Under the pieces are notes generated by a model. It had not been told where the DNA came from. It saw only the letters and a list, made by a program, of their open reading frames with translations, and did no database searches. From assembly GCA_036407095.1 (NCBI GenBank), contig DASWZV010000173.1:33531-97530 (forward strand): 64,000 nucleotides of DNA, in the 5' to 3' direction. Shown in pieces: positions 19,028 to 27,896 of this stretch. Origin of the DNA: Vicinamibacterales bacterium (lineage in GTDB: Bacteria; Acidobacteriota; Vicinamibacteria; Vicinamibacterales; UBA2999). The position numbers were made by a program, and so were the translations under genes. Positions within the stretch are counted from its first letter, which is position 1. Each line of letters begins with the position of its first letter.

Positions 19028-22000
19028 TCAACGAATCAATCCGCTCATCGCAGCGGCTGTGACGATCTCACCGGCAGCCGGTGCGGCGGCGCGGCCGCCG
19101 TACCCGGCATTCTCGATGATCACGGCAAACGCGATCCTCTTTTCGGCGCGATCGTACGGGGCGTAGCCGATGAACCACGCATGCGAAGGCGCGCCGTTCA
19201 CTTCGGCGGTGCCGGTCTTGCCCGCGATGCGCCAGGGATGATTGCTGAGCGCGCTGCCGGTCCCGGTGAGCACGGCATCGCGAAGGTCGCGACCCAGCAA
19301 CGCCGCGGCTTCGGGCTGCAGCAGCACCTTCGAGGCCGGCGGTTCAGCGGAACGTTCGACTCTCGTGTCGCGCAGCACACCGCCACTTGCGATCGCCGCT
19401 GCGACCCGCGCCATGCGAAGAGGCGTGGCGACGACATCGCCCTGGCCGTAGCCCGCATGCGGCAGCGTGGCGCGCACGCGCGCGAGCGAATCATCACGCG
19501 CGATCGAGATGCCGAGCAGATGCGCGGTGTCGAGCAGCGACTGCGGGCCGACGCGCACCGCGAGCTGCGCGAAGTAGGCGTTGCACGAATGCACGAGGCC
19601 GTCGTGCATGTCGATCGTGCCATGCGCATGCGTATCCAACTCATCGTCCCGGACGACGCCCCATCCCTCGATTCTCGCGCCGGCGCGTCGATCCGGCTGG
19701 AGCGAGCACATGAAAGTCGAGTGACTGAGCGATGCGTCCTGGCGCAGCGCCGCCGATGCGGTCACGAGCTTGAACGTGGATCCAGGAGGGTAGAGGCCGA
19801 AACGCGCGCGATCGAGGAGCGCGTCGGTGTCGTCGTCTTCCTCGGTGGCACGGCCGAGCCGGCCATGTTCGTTCAACGATGGCCGGCGAGTCTCGCCGTA
19901 GCCGGAGGCCAAGGCGGACGACCCTACGACTGTGGGATAGCTGGCGATTGCGAGCAGGTCACCAGTGTCAGGGTCGAGCACAACCGCTGCCGCGTGGCCG
20001 GTAGCGGAGCGCGCCGCATATTTCGAGATGATGCTCGCAACGCGCGTCTGGAGCGGCGCGTCGATCGTGAGTGTGACGTCGTGCGAGCCGGGCTTTTTGA
20101 AGGCGGCCGCGACGAACGCAGTGTCGTAGCGGTGACGCAGGAGCGGAACCAGCTCGCCGTAGTCGCGACGAACGGTGGCGAACGCGTGGCCCGACGCATC
20201 GGGCACCCGTATTGTCACCGCGTGATCGTCGAAGCCGCGGAGATGGTCCTGCTCGTCGCGCTCGACGTAGGCGGTGTTCGAGGCCGACCAGTTGCGCCGA
20301 TCCCGCGCGTCGCCGAGCAGATGAAAGGCTGCAGCGCCAAGCGGGTAGCAGCGTTCGTCGCTCGAATTCACGCAGCCGGCGTTGTCGACGCCATTCGTCT
20401 TGTAGGCGTCGCGCGCGCGGCGCGCGACCGCCTGATCGCTGGTCGCAAGCGCCAGCCCTCGCCGGTCGAACACGCTTCCGCGCGGGATGGTCGCGAGCAC
20501 GTCGAGTACGCGGGGGTTGTATTGGTAGCGGCGACCGCCGTCCGCCTGTATGCCGAGGTGCGGCTTGACGACGTACGCGTCGGCGTGTAGCACCTGCACG
20601 TTGAACAGAACCCCGACGATGGCAGCCGTGCCGACCGCGAGGGTTGCCACCAACCGGCGCACGCCGATCGCAAACGGGTTGGTGACAGACGGTGCCGGCG
20701 CATGACGCAGCTGACCCCGGATGGAGACCAGGATCCCCAGGGCAATGAAGTTGGCGATCATCGCCGAGCCGCCGAAGCTGAGGAACGGCGTCACGATGCC
20801 GGTGAGCGGGAGAAGGCCGAGGATGCCGGCTGCCATGATGAGCACGGGCAGCGTGAGGAAGAGTGTCACGACGACTGCGAGGAAGAACCCGTAGTCGTCG
20901 TTGGCCCGCTTGGCGGTGTTGAAGCCGCGCGCAGCGATCATGGCGAACAGCGTGAACACGGCGAGCAGGCCGGCAAATCCGATCTCTTCGCCGAGCGCCG
21001 CGAGCACGAGGTCGGTATGGCCGGCTGGAAGGTAGCGCGTATCACCGAGGCCGAGCCCGGTCCCGAACAGGCGGCCGGTCGACATGCCCCAGATCGCCTG
21101 CGCGATCTGATCTCCGCCACGCACCGCGTTGTCCCAGGACGAGTGCCACATCGCCACGCGTGCGGTGAGCGTCGACGAGATGTTCAGCGCGTAGCCGAGG
21201 TAGAAGCCCACGGCCAGCACCGCGAGCCCGGCCAGAGCCATGCCCACCCGGTTGCGGGCAATCGCGTACATCGCAAGGAAGACGCACGAGACGAAGAGGG
21301 CGGGACCGAGGTCTCGCTGCAGAAAGAAGAACAGCAGCGCGGTCGCGATGCCGACGAGCAGCGGCAGCAGGTAGTCGGCGCGTGGCAGATTGAGCCAGTC
21401 GGGCAGTCGAACGGAACGAACGCTGGTGCCGCGAACGTCGCGAAGCAATTCCCATCGGCGCGCGAAGTAGCCGGCCAGAAAGAGTCCGATCAACAAGCGG
21501 ATCGCTTCAACCGGCTGCACCGGTCCGAGGTTCACTTTCGCGTTGCTCCCGGCCGGTCCGTTGCCGAAGACGATCAACGCCACCGAGAGCAGCAACGCGA
21601 TCGCAAGCGGCAGGTAGCTGAGGCCGGCAAGCGACGACCTTCCCCAGTCGAGCGAGGACACCCACGCGAAGAGCAGGAATCCGATCGCGGCTCCTTGCGC
21701 GTACCGGACGAACAACAGCGTGTCGCGTAACGGATCCTGCCGGCTGACGAGCAGAGCGAAGCCCAGCGCCGTCAGCAGATACGCCGCGGAGAGGAGCAGA
21801 TGGTCGCCGCGAACACCGCGGACCCACCAGAACAACGTGACGGCCCACACCGACACGAGGAGCACACCGCTCCACACGAGCACCTGCTGCCGGAACTTGC
21901 CGAGCGTGCGGACGACGAGCGAGGGCTTGAGCGCAGCGAGCTGGTCGGAGGTGAGGACCGGCATCGCGTCATCGAAGGTTGCGCGGCGCAACGCGCCGAT

Positions 22001-22321
22001 GTTGGGAACGGGATCTCCGGCATCCTCTCGTGAGCGAACGAATCGATAGAGCTGTGCCGCCGCCCGGTGTCGATCGCCCGGGCTCGGAAAAATGGGCTCG
22101 AGCGCGGACTCGAGGGCGCCGGCATCGTTCAGTGCGTTGATATTGATCGGCGACGACGTCGTGACGGGTGCGCGAAGGCGGCCGCTGTATGCGAGCCCGA
22201 TCGCGAGCGCGGCGACGAGCGACGTGACCGCCAGCAGGACGTGCCGGACGTCGAGCTGGCGGGCGAGCTCGGAGGCGCGCTGCGCGTCGCGCTCGAGGGC
22301 CGAGACGTAGGTCAACGCCAT
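19028..22321 (-). CDS. RodA/FtsW (SEDS) glycosyltransferase fused to a class B PBP transpeptidase
   Basis: SEDS motifs QPVE, QRDLG, LPAGHTD, GLLPLTGIVTPFLSFGGS. PBP motifs STFK, SCN, KTGT. One uninterrupted ORF. Confidence 0.93.
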   Translation of the reverse strand: MALTYVSALERDAQRASELARQLDVRHVLLAVTSLVAALAIGLAYSGRLRAPVTTSSPININALNDAGALESALEPIFPSPGDRHRAAAQLYRFVRSREDAGDPVPNIGALRRATFDDAMPVLTSDQLAALKPSLVVRTLGKFRQQVLVWSGVLLVSVWAVTLFWWVRGVRGDHLLLSAAYLLTALGFALLVSRQDPLRDTLLFVRYAQGAAIGFLLFAWVSSLDWGRSSLAGLSYLPLAIALLLSVALIVFGNGPAGSNAKVNLGPVQPVEAIRLLIGLFLAGYFARRWELLRDVRGTSVRSVRLPDWLNLPRADYLLPLLVGIATALLFFFLQRDLGPALFVSCVFLAMYAIARNRVGMALAGLAVLAVGFYLGYALNISSTLTARVAMWHSSWDNAVRGGDQIAQAIWGMSTGRLFGTGLGLGDTRYLPAGHTDLVLAALGEEIGFAGLLAVFTLFAMIAARGFNTAKRANDDYGFFLAVVVTLFLTLPVLIMAAGILGLLPLTGIVTPFLSFGGSAMIANFIALGILVSIRGQLRHAPAPSVTNPFAIGVRRLVATLAVGTAAIVGVLFNVQVLHADAYVVKPHLGIQADGGRRYQYNPRVLDVLATIPRGSVFDRRGLALATSDQAVARRARDAYKTNGVDNAGCVNSSDERCYPLGAAAFHLLGDARDRRNWSASNTAYVERDEQDHLRGFDDHAVTIRVPDASGHAFATVRRDYGELVPLLRHRYDTAFVAAAFKKPGSHDVTLTIDAPLQTRVASIISKYAARSATGHAAAVVLDPDTGDLLAIASYPTVVGSSALASGYGETRRPSLNEHGRLGRATEEDDDTDALLDRARFGLYPPGSTFKLVTASAALRQDASLSHSTFMCSLQPDRRAGARIEGWGVVRDDELDTHAHGTIDMHDGLVHSCNAYFAQLAVRVGPQSLLDTAHLLGISIARDDSLARVRATLPHAGYGQGDVVATPLRMARVAAAIASGGVLRDTRVERSAEPPASKVLLQPEAAALLGRDLRDAVLTGTGSALSNHPWRIAGKTGTAEVNGAPSHAWFIGYAPYDRAEKRIAFAVIIENAGYGGRAAAPAAGEIVTAAAMSGLIR

Positions 22322-24375
22322 CGTGCCACCGTGTCAGACCGGACAGGTTCGAGAGGTCGCTCGCCCTGCGACGGCGCCGTCTCCGCTGGTGGACCGGCAT
22401 CCGGAGATCCTCCGCCTTCAGCCGGCGTCAGTGAGAGCCCATCGAGGCGTTGCTGCGCCAGATCGTGCGCGCGCTGTGTCGCGCGAATGTTCATCGGCAC
22501 GTTCGGCACGCTCGTGGCCTGCGCATACAAACCCAACGCGCGTTGATAGGCTTCGACTGCTCTGGTCAGGTAGTCGCTCTCCTGCGACATGCCGGACAGT
22601 TGATTCGCGCTCCGCATGAGGCTGTTCCCGCGCGTGCGATAGCCATCGGCCAGCTGCACCGTCTCGCGCTCGGTCGGCATGTATCCACGACGCCGTGCCT
22701 CGTTCAGCGCGTCAGCGCCGCGGTCGATGTCCTCGAGTCCGTAGATGAACGTACGCGCCAGACCGAGAAACGGATCGGGCCAGTCGCGGCGGATATCGGC
22801 GGCTTCGCGGAAAGACGCAACCGCTTCGGTGAGCTCACGCTGCGCCTCGGCGTCTTCATGCCGCCGCTTGTGCGCCTCGCCGTTGATGCGGTGGAGATGC
22901 CCGTCGCAATACCGGAAGTCGGCTCGAAGCACCCGGTCGCCGCCGCTCGCCTTGATGGCCCGCGCCAGCGCGTTGCGCGCCGACTGCCACTGCGCCTCCC
23001 GCACGGTGGGCAGGGCCATCCGGTAGTTGGCGATGATGCGTTCGGCGAGCGTCAGCGTGCGCTGCGTCAACGCGCGCTCGAGGCCGATCGTGCCCCAATG
23101 CAGAGAGCTGCGTTGCGCCAGCCGATCGTGCGCGGCCCAGAGATCGTCGAGTCGATCGAGCTCGCGCGTCGACACATCCGCGGTGAGACGTCTCGCATCA
23201 GCCGCGACCGAGAACTCGTTGGCCAGCGCCGCGAACACGACCAGGAGCAGAAGAACCAGCAGTCCACGAGCGACTTTTTGATCCAGTCGCAGACGTTGCA
23301 GCCCCTGCCTCGCCGCGGCCAATGGCCAGGCCGGGGCCGGTCTCGCAGAAGACTGAGGCGAAAGTGGACCGGCTTTCGCGGTAGCCATGGGCTTGAGCGT
23401 TTTGCGCGTGGCGTCGGGATCAACGGCAGGCAGTCGAGTTCGTCGCGTCGCTTCGGTGTCGGCCGGGGCAGAGGGATCGGCGCCTGTATTTCGTGACGGC
23501 CAGCCGAGTTCCTCGGCCTGCGTCGTCTTTCCGGACGTGAATCGCTCGAGATCCTCGCGCACGGCGCGCGCGCAGTCGTACCGGACCGCGGGGTTGGGAC
23601 CGAGCAGCCGCGCGATGACGGCCTCGAGACCGAACGGGCAGCCCCCGGTCAAAGGCAGCGGCGGCACGCGTGCGCGGATGATTCGCTCGAGCCGCTGCGT
23701 GTCGGGCGCGTCGAACGGACGCGTGCCGCGAATCATCTCGTAGAGCATCACGCCGACGGCCCACAGATCGGAGAACTCGTTGACTTCAACGGTGTCGAGA
23801 CGCTCGGGCGAGAGATACGGCATCGTCCCGAAGTCGTTCCGGGTGACCTTTCGACTGAGCGACAGCGCCTTCGCGATCCCGAAGTCGAGCACTTTCACGC
23901 TGCCGTTCGACGTGATCCGCACGTTGCGCGGCTTCAGGTCGCCATGGACCAACCGCATCGGTCGATCGCCGTCGTCCGGTGCGAAATGATGTGCGCGCTC
24001 GAGGCACGCGCACAACTCGCTGGCGATGGTGATCGAGCGTTCGACCGGGATTGGACCGCGCGCGATGACATCGGACAGGTTCTCGCCGTCGAGGTACTCC
24101 ATCGCGACGAGGAAGTAGCCGGATTCGTCATCGCCATGTTCGAACACCGCCGGCACATGCGTGCTGACGCGACTGAACTGCCGCTGCAGCTCCGCTCCCG
24201 CGCGTTCGGCGGCGAGCACTTCGCGCGCCTCGTGATCTCGTCCAGGCGGAACGACTTTGAGCGCGACCAGGCGATCGGTGCGCGTGTCGTTGGCGAGGAA
24301 CACCTGCGCCATGCCGCCGCGCCCGATTTCTTCGCGGATCTCGTAGGGACCGAGCCGGTTGAAAACGGCCGTCAT
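22312..24375 (-). CDS. Hanks-type Ser/Thr kinase with TM and helical-repeat C-domain
   Basis: IGRGGMAQV, VALK, HGDLKPRN, DFG, YLSPE; TM GLLVLLLLVVFAAL. Overlaps the rodA-PBP start. Confidence 0.93.
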   Translation of the reverse strand: MTAVFNRLGPYEIREEIGRGGMAQVFLANDTRTDRLVALKVVPPGRDHEAREVLAAERAGAELQRQFSRVSTHVPAVFEHGDDESGYFLVAMEYLDGENLSDVIARGPIPVERSITIASELCACLERAHHFAPDDGDRPMRLVHGDLKPRNVRITSNGSVKVLDFGIAKALSLSRKVTRNDFGTMPYLSPERLDTVEVNEFSDLWAVGVMLYEMIRGTRPFDAPDTQRLERIIRARVPPLPLTGGCPFGLEAVIARLLGPNPAVRYDCARAVREDLERFTSGKTTQAEELGWPSRNTGADPSAPADTEATRRTRLPAVDPDATRKTLKPMATAKAGPLSPQSSARPAPAWPLAAARQGLQRLRLDQKVARGLLVLLLLVVFAALANEFSVAADARRLTADVSTRELDRLDDLWAAHDRLAQRSSLHWGTIGLERALTQRTLTLAERIIANYRMALPTVREAQWQSARNALARAIKASGGDRVLRADFRYCDGHLHRINGEAHKRRHEDAEAQRELTEAVASFREAADIRRDWPDPFLGLARTFIYGLEDIDRGADALNEARRRGYMPTERETVQLADGYRTRGNSLMRSANQLSGMSQESDYLTRAVEAYQRALGLYAQATSVPNVPMNIRATQRAHDLAQQRLDGLSLTPAEGGGSPDAGPPAETAPSQGERPLEPVRSDTVARWR

Positions 24376-26010
24376 CTAGTGAAACCAGTTGTCGCGCGTG
24401 ACGGCGAGACGCGTGGCGTCGCTCATCATCGCGAACGCTTCCGGACGAATGCCGACGAACACATTGCGCTGAAAGAGCGGCGCCGCGCTCTTGTCGATCG
24501 CGAAAGTGGCGGGTGTGTGTTGCGACAGGCCGTTGCGGCTGAACACGCTGTGTGTGATGCGGGCGGACGCACCGGCGGCAATCATGAGCGCCGCGCCCGG
24601 ATTGTCGTGGATCTCGCCACCGACGAGCGACGCCGATGCGTCGTGGGCGAACGAGATGGCGGCCGTCGCTGCGCCGGACACGTCGACGTCCACCAGTGAG
24701 ACCCCGGAGCCGGCAACGAGGATGCCGACGGCAAGCGGAGTGCGCGCATCGCCGACGATCTTGAATCCAACGAGTTCGCTCCCCAACGAGCCTGTCATCG
24801 CCACCGCTGGTTCGGGCTGAACGTCCGAGGTCGTGGCCGGCAGCCGGATCGTGGCGGCGCGAGGTACGCGGCTGACGAGACGAATGTTGTTCGTGAGCGT
24901 CAGGCGCTCGCTGTACTCGCCCGGTTCAACGATGATTTCAGAGTCCGGCTTGGCCGCACTCAGGGCAGCCGCGATCGATTCGCCGGGATGGACGACCTGT
25001 TTCGTATCGTTCACAGGGAGGGTGAGCGATTCCGGCAGCGACAGAGGTATCGCCGGTATCGCGGTGCGGTACACGATGAACCCCGTCGCGATCAGCGACA
25101 CGATGATGGCCCCGATGAGACCGAGCTGACGAGGCAGTCTGGATGCGCTGGACCGCTCCTCTTTCGAGACCGGTGCACGTTCGCCCGACCGAGACCCATC
25201 GGGTGCGGTTCTCTGTGCGACGTGACCGTTCGTGCCTGGATGGCTAGACGCAGCCGCGGCGGCGAATGTTCCCCCTTCGACATACACGACGGTGATGTTG
25301 TCTTTTCCGCCTGCGGCGTTGGCGGCATCGACGAGCGCGTGTGCGAGGGCATGGGGCTCGCCGGCACAGTCCATCACCTCCCGGAGAATCGACGCCGAAT
25401 CCACGAGATCGGTGAGGCCGTCGCTGCACAGCAGCAGCGCCTCGTCGGGCTCGAACGGAATCTCGTGAAGCTCGACGAACTCGGGATCCGACGGTGCATG
25501 CGGCTCGGATCCAACGTCGCGATAGACTTCGTTCCGCCGCGGATGCCGCATCGCTTCGAGTTCGGAGAGCTCGTGCGCGTCTTCTCGTTCTCCGACCGGC
25601 GAATGATCGCGCGTGATCTTTTCGAGGCCGCCGTGGTGAAGCTTGTAGAGGCGGGTATCGCCGACGTGCCCGATGGTCGCGACGCCCTCTTTGACAACGG
25701 CGACGGTGAGCACGCACGCCATGCCGTCCCATTCGGGACGCGTCGAGGCGAGCCGATAGATCTCGTTGTTGGCGATCGCGATTGCCTCACGCACCCGCTC
25801 GCAGACGGGTCCGGTCTCGCGCTCGAGGCGCTGCCGAAGCATCGAGAGGGCGATGTCGGCGGCGCGCCCGCCGGCCGCCTGACCGCCGATGCCGTCGATC
25901 ACGATGAACAGACCGCGCGCCTCGTCGACGTGGAAGCGATCCTCGTTGACCTCGCGTTGAATACCAGGATCGGTAGCGCCCGCCGCGAGCAGTGTGTTCA
26001 TCGTCCGCAT
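24376..26010 (-). CDS. PP2C (PstP-like) phosphatase with TM and beta-helix C-domain
   Basis: NED, DGIGG, HVGDTR, DHS, CSDGL, GGKDN; TM; SIAAAL...IIVEPGEYSE beta-helix start. Confidence 0.92.
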   Translation of the reverse strand: MRTMNTLLAAGATDPGIQREVNEDRFHVDEARGLFIVIDGIGGQAAGGRAADIALSMLRQRLERETGPVCERVREAIAIANNEIYRLASTRPEWDGMACVLTVAVVKEGVATIGHVGDTRLYKLHHGGLEKITRDHSPVGEREDAHELSELEAMRHPRRNEVYRDVGSEPHAPSDPEFVELHEIPFEPDEALLLCSDGLTDLVDSASILREVMDCAGEPHALAHALVDAANAAGGKDNITVVYVEGGTFAAAAASSHPGTNGHVAQRTAPDGSRSGERAPVSKEERSSASRLPRQLGLIGAIIVSLIATGFIVYRTAIPAIPLSLPESLTLPVNDTKQVVHPGESIAAALSAAKPDSEIIVEPGEYSERLTLTNNIRLVSRVPRAATIRLPATTSDVQPEPAVAMTGSLGSELVGFKIVGDARTPLAVGILVAGSGVSLVDVDVSGAATAAISFAHDASASLVGGEIHDNPGAALMIAAGASARITHSVFSRNGLSQHTPATFAIDKSAAPLFQRNVFVGIRPEAFAMMSDATRLAVTRDNWFH

Positions 26011-26020
26011 GGCACTCGAT

Positions 26021-26119
26021 TCACGACTTCCGTTCCCTGGCCATGAGCCAGACATGCGCCGCGGCAACGGTCACCAGCGACGCCAGCAGCAGATAGCGCG
26101 CGAAGAGCAGAAGTGTCAT
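26021..26119 (-). CDS. 32-aa single-TM small protein (absent from the ORF track)
   Basis: MTLLLFARYLLLASLVTVAAAHVWLMARERKS*. ATGA overlap with the upstream FHA stop; fills the gap before the phosphatase gene. Confidence 0.6.
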   Translation of the reverse strand: MTLLLFARYLLLASLVTVAAAHVWLMARERKS

Positions 26120-27021
26120 GGCCTCACCAGCTCGAACTGCAGAAACACGGTATCGGCAAGCCCGATGCGCGCTGCATCGGGCAGCGGCGTCTCCACGCCG
26201 GTTTCCTTCTTCGAGCCATCCGCATCGTCATAGCCGCGCGGCACGTGTCGGCCGTTCAAGGTCGTGCCGAGCGAGCTGAGATCGATGACGAAGAAACGGC
26301 CGGTCTGGGGATGACGGCGAATTCTCGCATGTTCCCGTGACACGTCAACCGATGACACGATCTTGACATCCACCGGATACGTCGTTCCCCCGCGGCCGAT
26401 GGTGATCGAGTCCTTGACGACGTCGAACGTGTGGTGACCGGCGTCATCTTCGTAGGTGAGACGTGCGAGGACGAACGGGGTCGTCGGTGTTGCCGGTGTT
26501 CCCTGTGCCGCCGGTGTTGCCGGTGCGTCGGAGACGACGCGCGCTCGAGTCGTGATCTGCGAGCCGATGTGATGGGTCGTGATGCGACGCGTCTTCTCGC
26601 CGCCACCGAGCTCCAGGCTGGGTGGCAGCCGCAGCTGCGAGTCGATCAGCAACGCGCCTTCTTCGACGTCGCCATCGGGATCGGGCAGGAACTCCACGTG
26701 CCATTCTCCCGCGGCGCTCTCGATCAGCGGCGGCGCGTTTCCGGTCAGACGTTCGGCGTAGCGCTGAACCCGCGAGCGCCGGTTCATCGTCTCCAGCTCT
26801 TCCGAGAGCGCACGGATCGTCTGCTCCTGCAGCAGGGGGATGATGCTCTCGAGACGGGCGTATTCGTTCGGGTGCAAGTAAACCAGGTACCGGCTCGGCG
26901 CCAGCGTCGAGTACCGAAGCGGCTCGAGATTGCGCCGCATGTTCTTGAGCACCTCGACGATCAGATCGCGTGGAGGCCGTCGCCGTTTCTCAGCGGGTAG
27001 ATCGGGCTGGTTGAGCACCAT
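26116..27021 (-). CDS. FhaA-like protein (N-domain, Pro/Thr linker, FHA)
   Basis: LAPSRYLVYLHPNEY (DUF3662-like), PATP linker, IGRGG, VSREHA, SSLGTTLNG. Confidence 0.88.
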   Translation of the reverse strand: MVLNQPDLPAEKRRRPPRDLIVEVLKNMRRNLEPLRYSTLAPSRYLVYLHPNEYARLESIIPLLQEQTIRALSEELETMNRRSRVQRYAERLTGNAPPLIESAAGEWHVEFLPDPDGDVEEGALLIDSQLRLPPSLELGGGEKTRRITTHHIGSQITTRARVVSDAPATPAAQGTPATPTTPFVLARLTYEDDAGHHTFDVVKDSITIGRGGTTYPVDVKIVSSVDVSREHARIRRHPQTGRFFVIDLSSLGTTLNGRHVPRGYDDADGSKKETGVETPLPDAARIGLADTVFLQFELVRP

Positions 27022-27114
27022 ACAATTTGGCCTTCCGCCGCTCAGCCTCGGCGAGACTCGCCAAGGCTCGGCTATGGGGCAGGCTGGAGAGTGACATAGG
27101 GGGACGATGTGAGT

Positions 27115-27147
27115 CTTAAGGTTTCGCCAAGGATCCGCTAAATCCGG
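27115..27147. promoter_or_regulatory. Degenerate 11-bp direct repeats between divergent genes
   Basis: CTTAAGGTTTC GCCAAGGATCC GCTAAATCCGG; a further GCCAAGGCTCG GCTA at 27060. Confidence 0.35.
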
Positions 27148-27149
27148 GA

Positions 27150-27815
27150 GTGGCGGTGAGGATACGGTTCGGCGAATTCGTGCTCGATTCTGAGACGCGG
27201 CAGCTCGTCCAGAGCGGCGAAGAGGTGCACTTGTCGCCAAAAGCGTTCGATCTGCTTCGCATTCTGGTTGCGAAGCGGCCGAACGTCGTCTCGAAAGGCG
27301 AGCTGTTCGCCGAGATCTGGCCTGACACGTTCGTCGTCGACGCCAATCTCAATGTGCTGGTCGGCGAGATCCGCAAGGCGACCGGGGACGAAGCTCGAGC
27401 GCCGCGCGTCATCAAGACCGCGCACGGCGTCGGCTATTCGTTCTGCAGCGACGCCACCGATCTCGAGTCGGTCGGGCCGCGCAGCGGCGACGTGCGCTGC
27501 TGGCTGTCCTGGAAACAGCATACCTATCCGCTCGCAGTCGGCGACAACATCATCGGACGCGACCCGCGCTGCGATGTGTGGCTCGACCACGACGGCGTCT
27601 CGCGCCGCCACGCGCGGATTCGGGTCGCGACGCCGTCGGAGCCGGCGGTGCTCGCCGATCTCGAGAGCACCAACGGCACGTTCGTCGGGCGTCAGCGAAT
27701 CGTGACGCCGACGCCGCTCGCCGATCGCGACATGATCAAGCTGGGGGACGTGAGCGTGCAGTTTCGCGAGTGGTCGGAAGAGGCACCGCGGACGCGCCGC
27801 ATTCGACCCCGCTAG
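27150..27815 (+). CDS. Winged-helix + FHA transcriptional regulator (EmbR-like logic)
   Basis: LSPKAFDLLRILV...IWPD...IKTAHGVGYSF; IGRD, VSRRHA, STNGT. Confidence 0.9.
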   Translation: MAVRIRFGEFVLDSETRQLVQSGEEVHLSPKAFDLLRILVAKRPNVVSKGELFAEIWPDTFVVDANLNVLVGEIRKATGDEARAPRVIKTAHGVGYSFCSDATDLESVGPRSGDVRCWLSWKQHTYPLAVGDNIIGRDPRCDVWLDHDGVSRRHARIRVATPSEPAVLADLESTNGTFVGRQRIVTPTPLADRDMIKLGDVSVQFREWSEEAPRTRRIRPR

Positions 27816-27819
27816 GCGC

Positions 27820-27882
27820 GTAGAGCGGGGGCTTCAGCCCCCGCGTCTTCGATCGACGCGCAGGCTGAAGCCTGCGCTCTAC
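27820..27882. repeat. REP doublet (REPIN-like)
   Basis: GTAGAGCGGGGGCTTCAGCCCCCGCG...CGCGCAGGCTGAAGCCTGCGCTCTAC; arms identical at 36617-36678. Confidence 0.85.
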
Positions 27883-27896
27883 GGGTGACATCGCTT

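Noticed and set aside
26484-26528. CCGGTGTT 9-mer repeat in the FHA gene
   Set aside because: Explained by the Pro/Ala/Thr linker it encodes, although these Thr residues may be phosphosites.
18130-27815. Type VI secretion PpkA/PppA/Fha module
   Set aside because: No T6SS structural genes are present, and the content matches the rodA/pbpA-type cluster.
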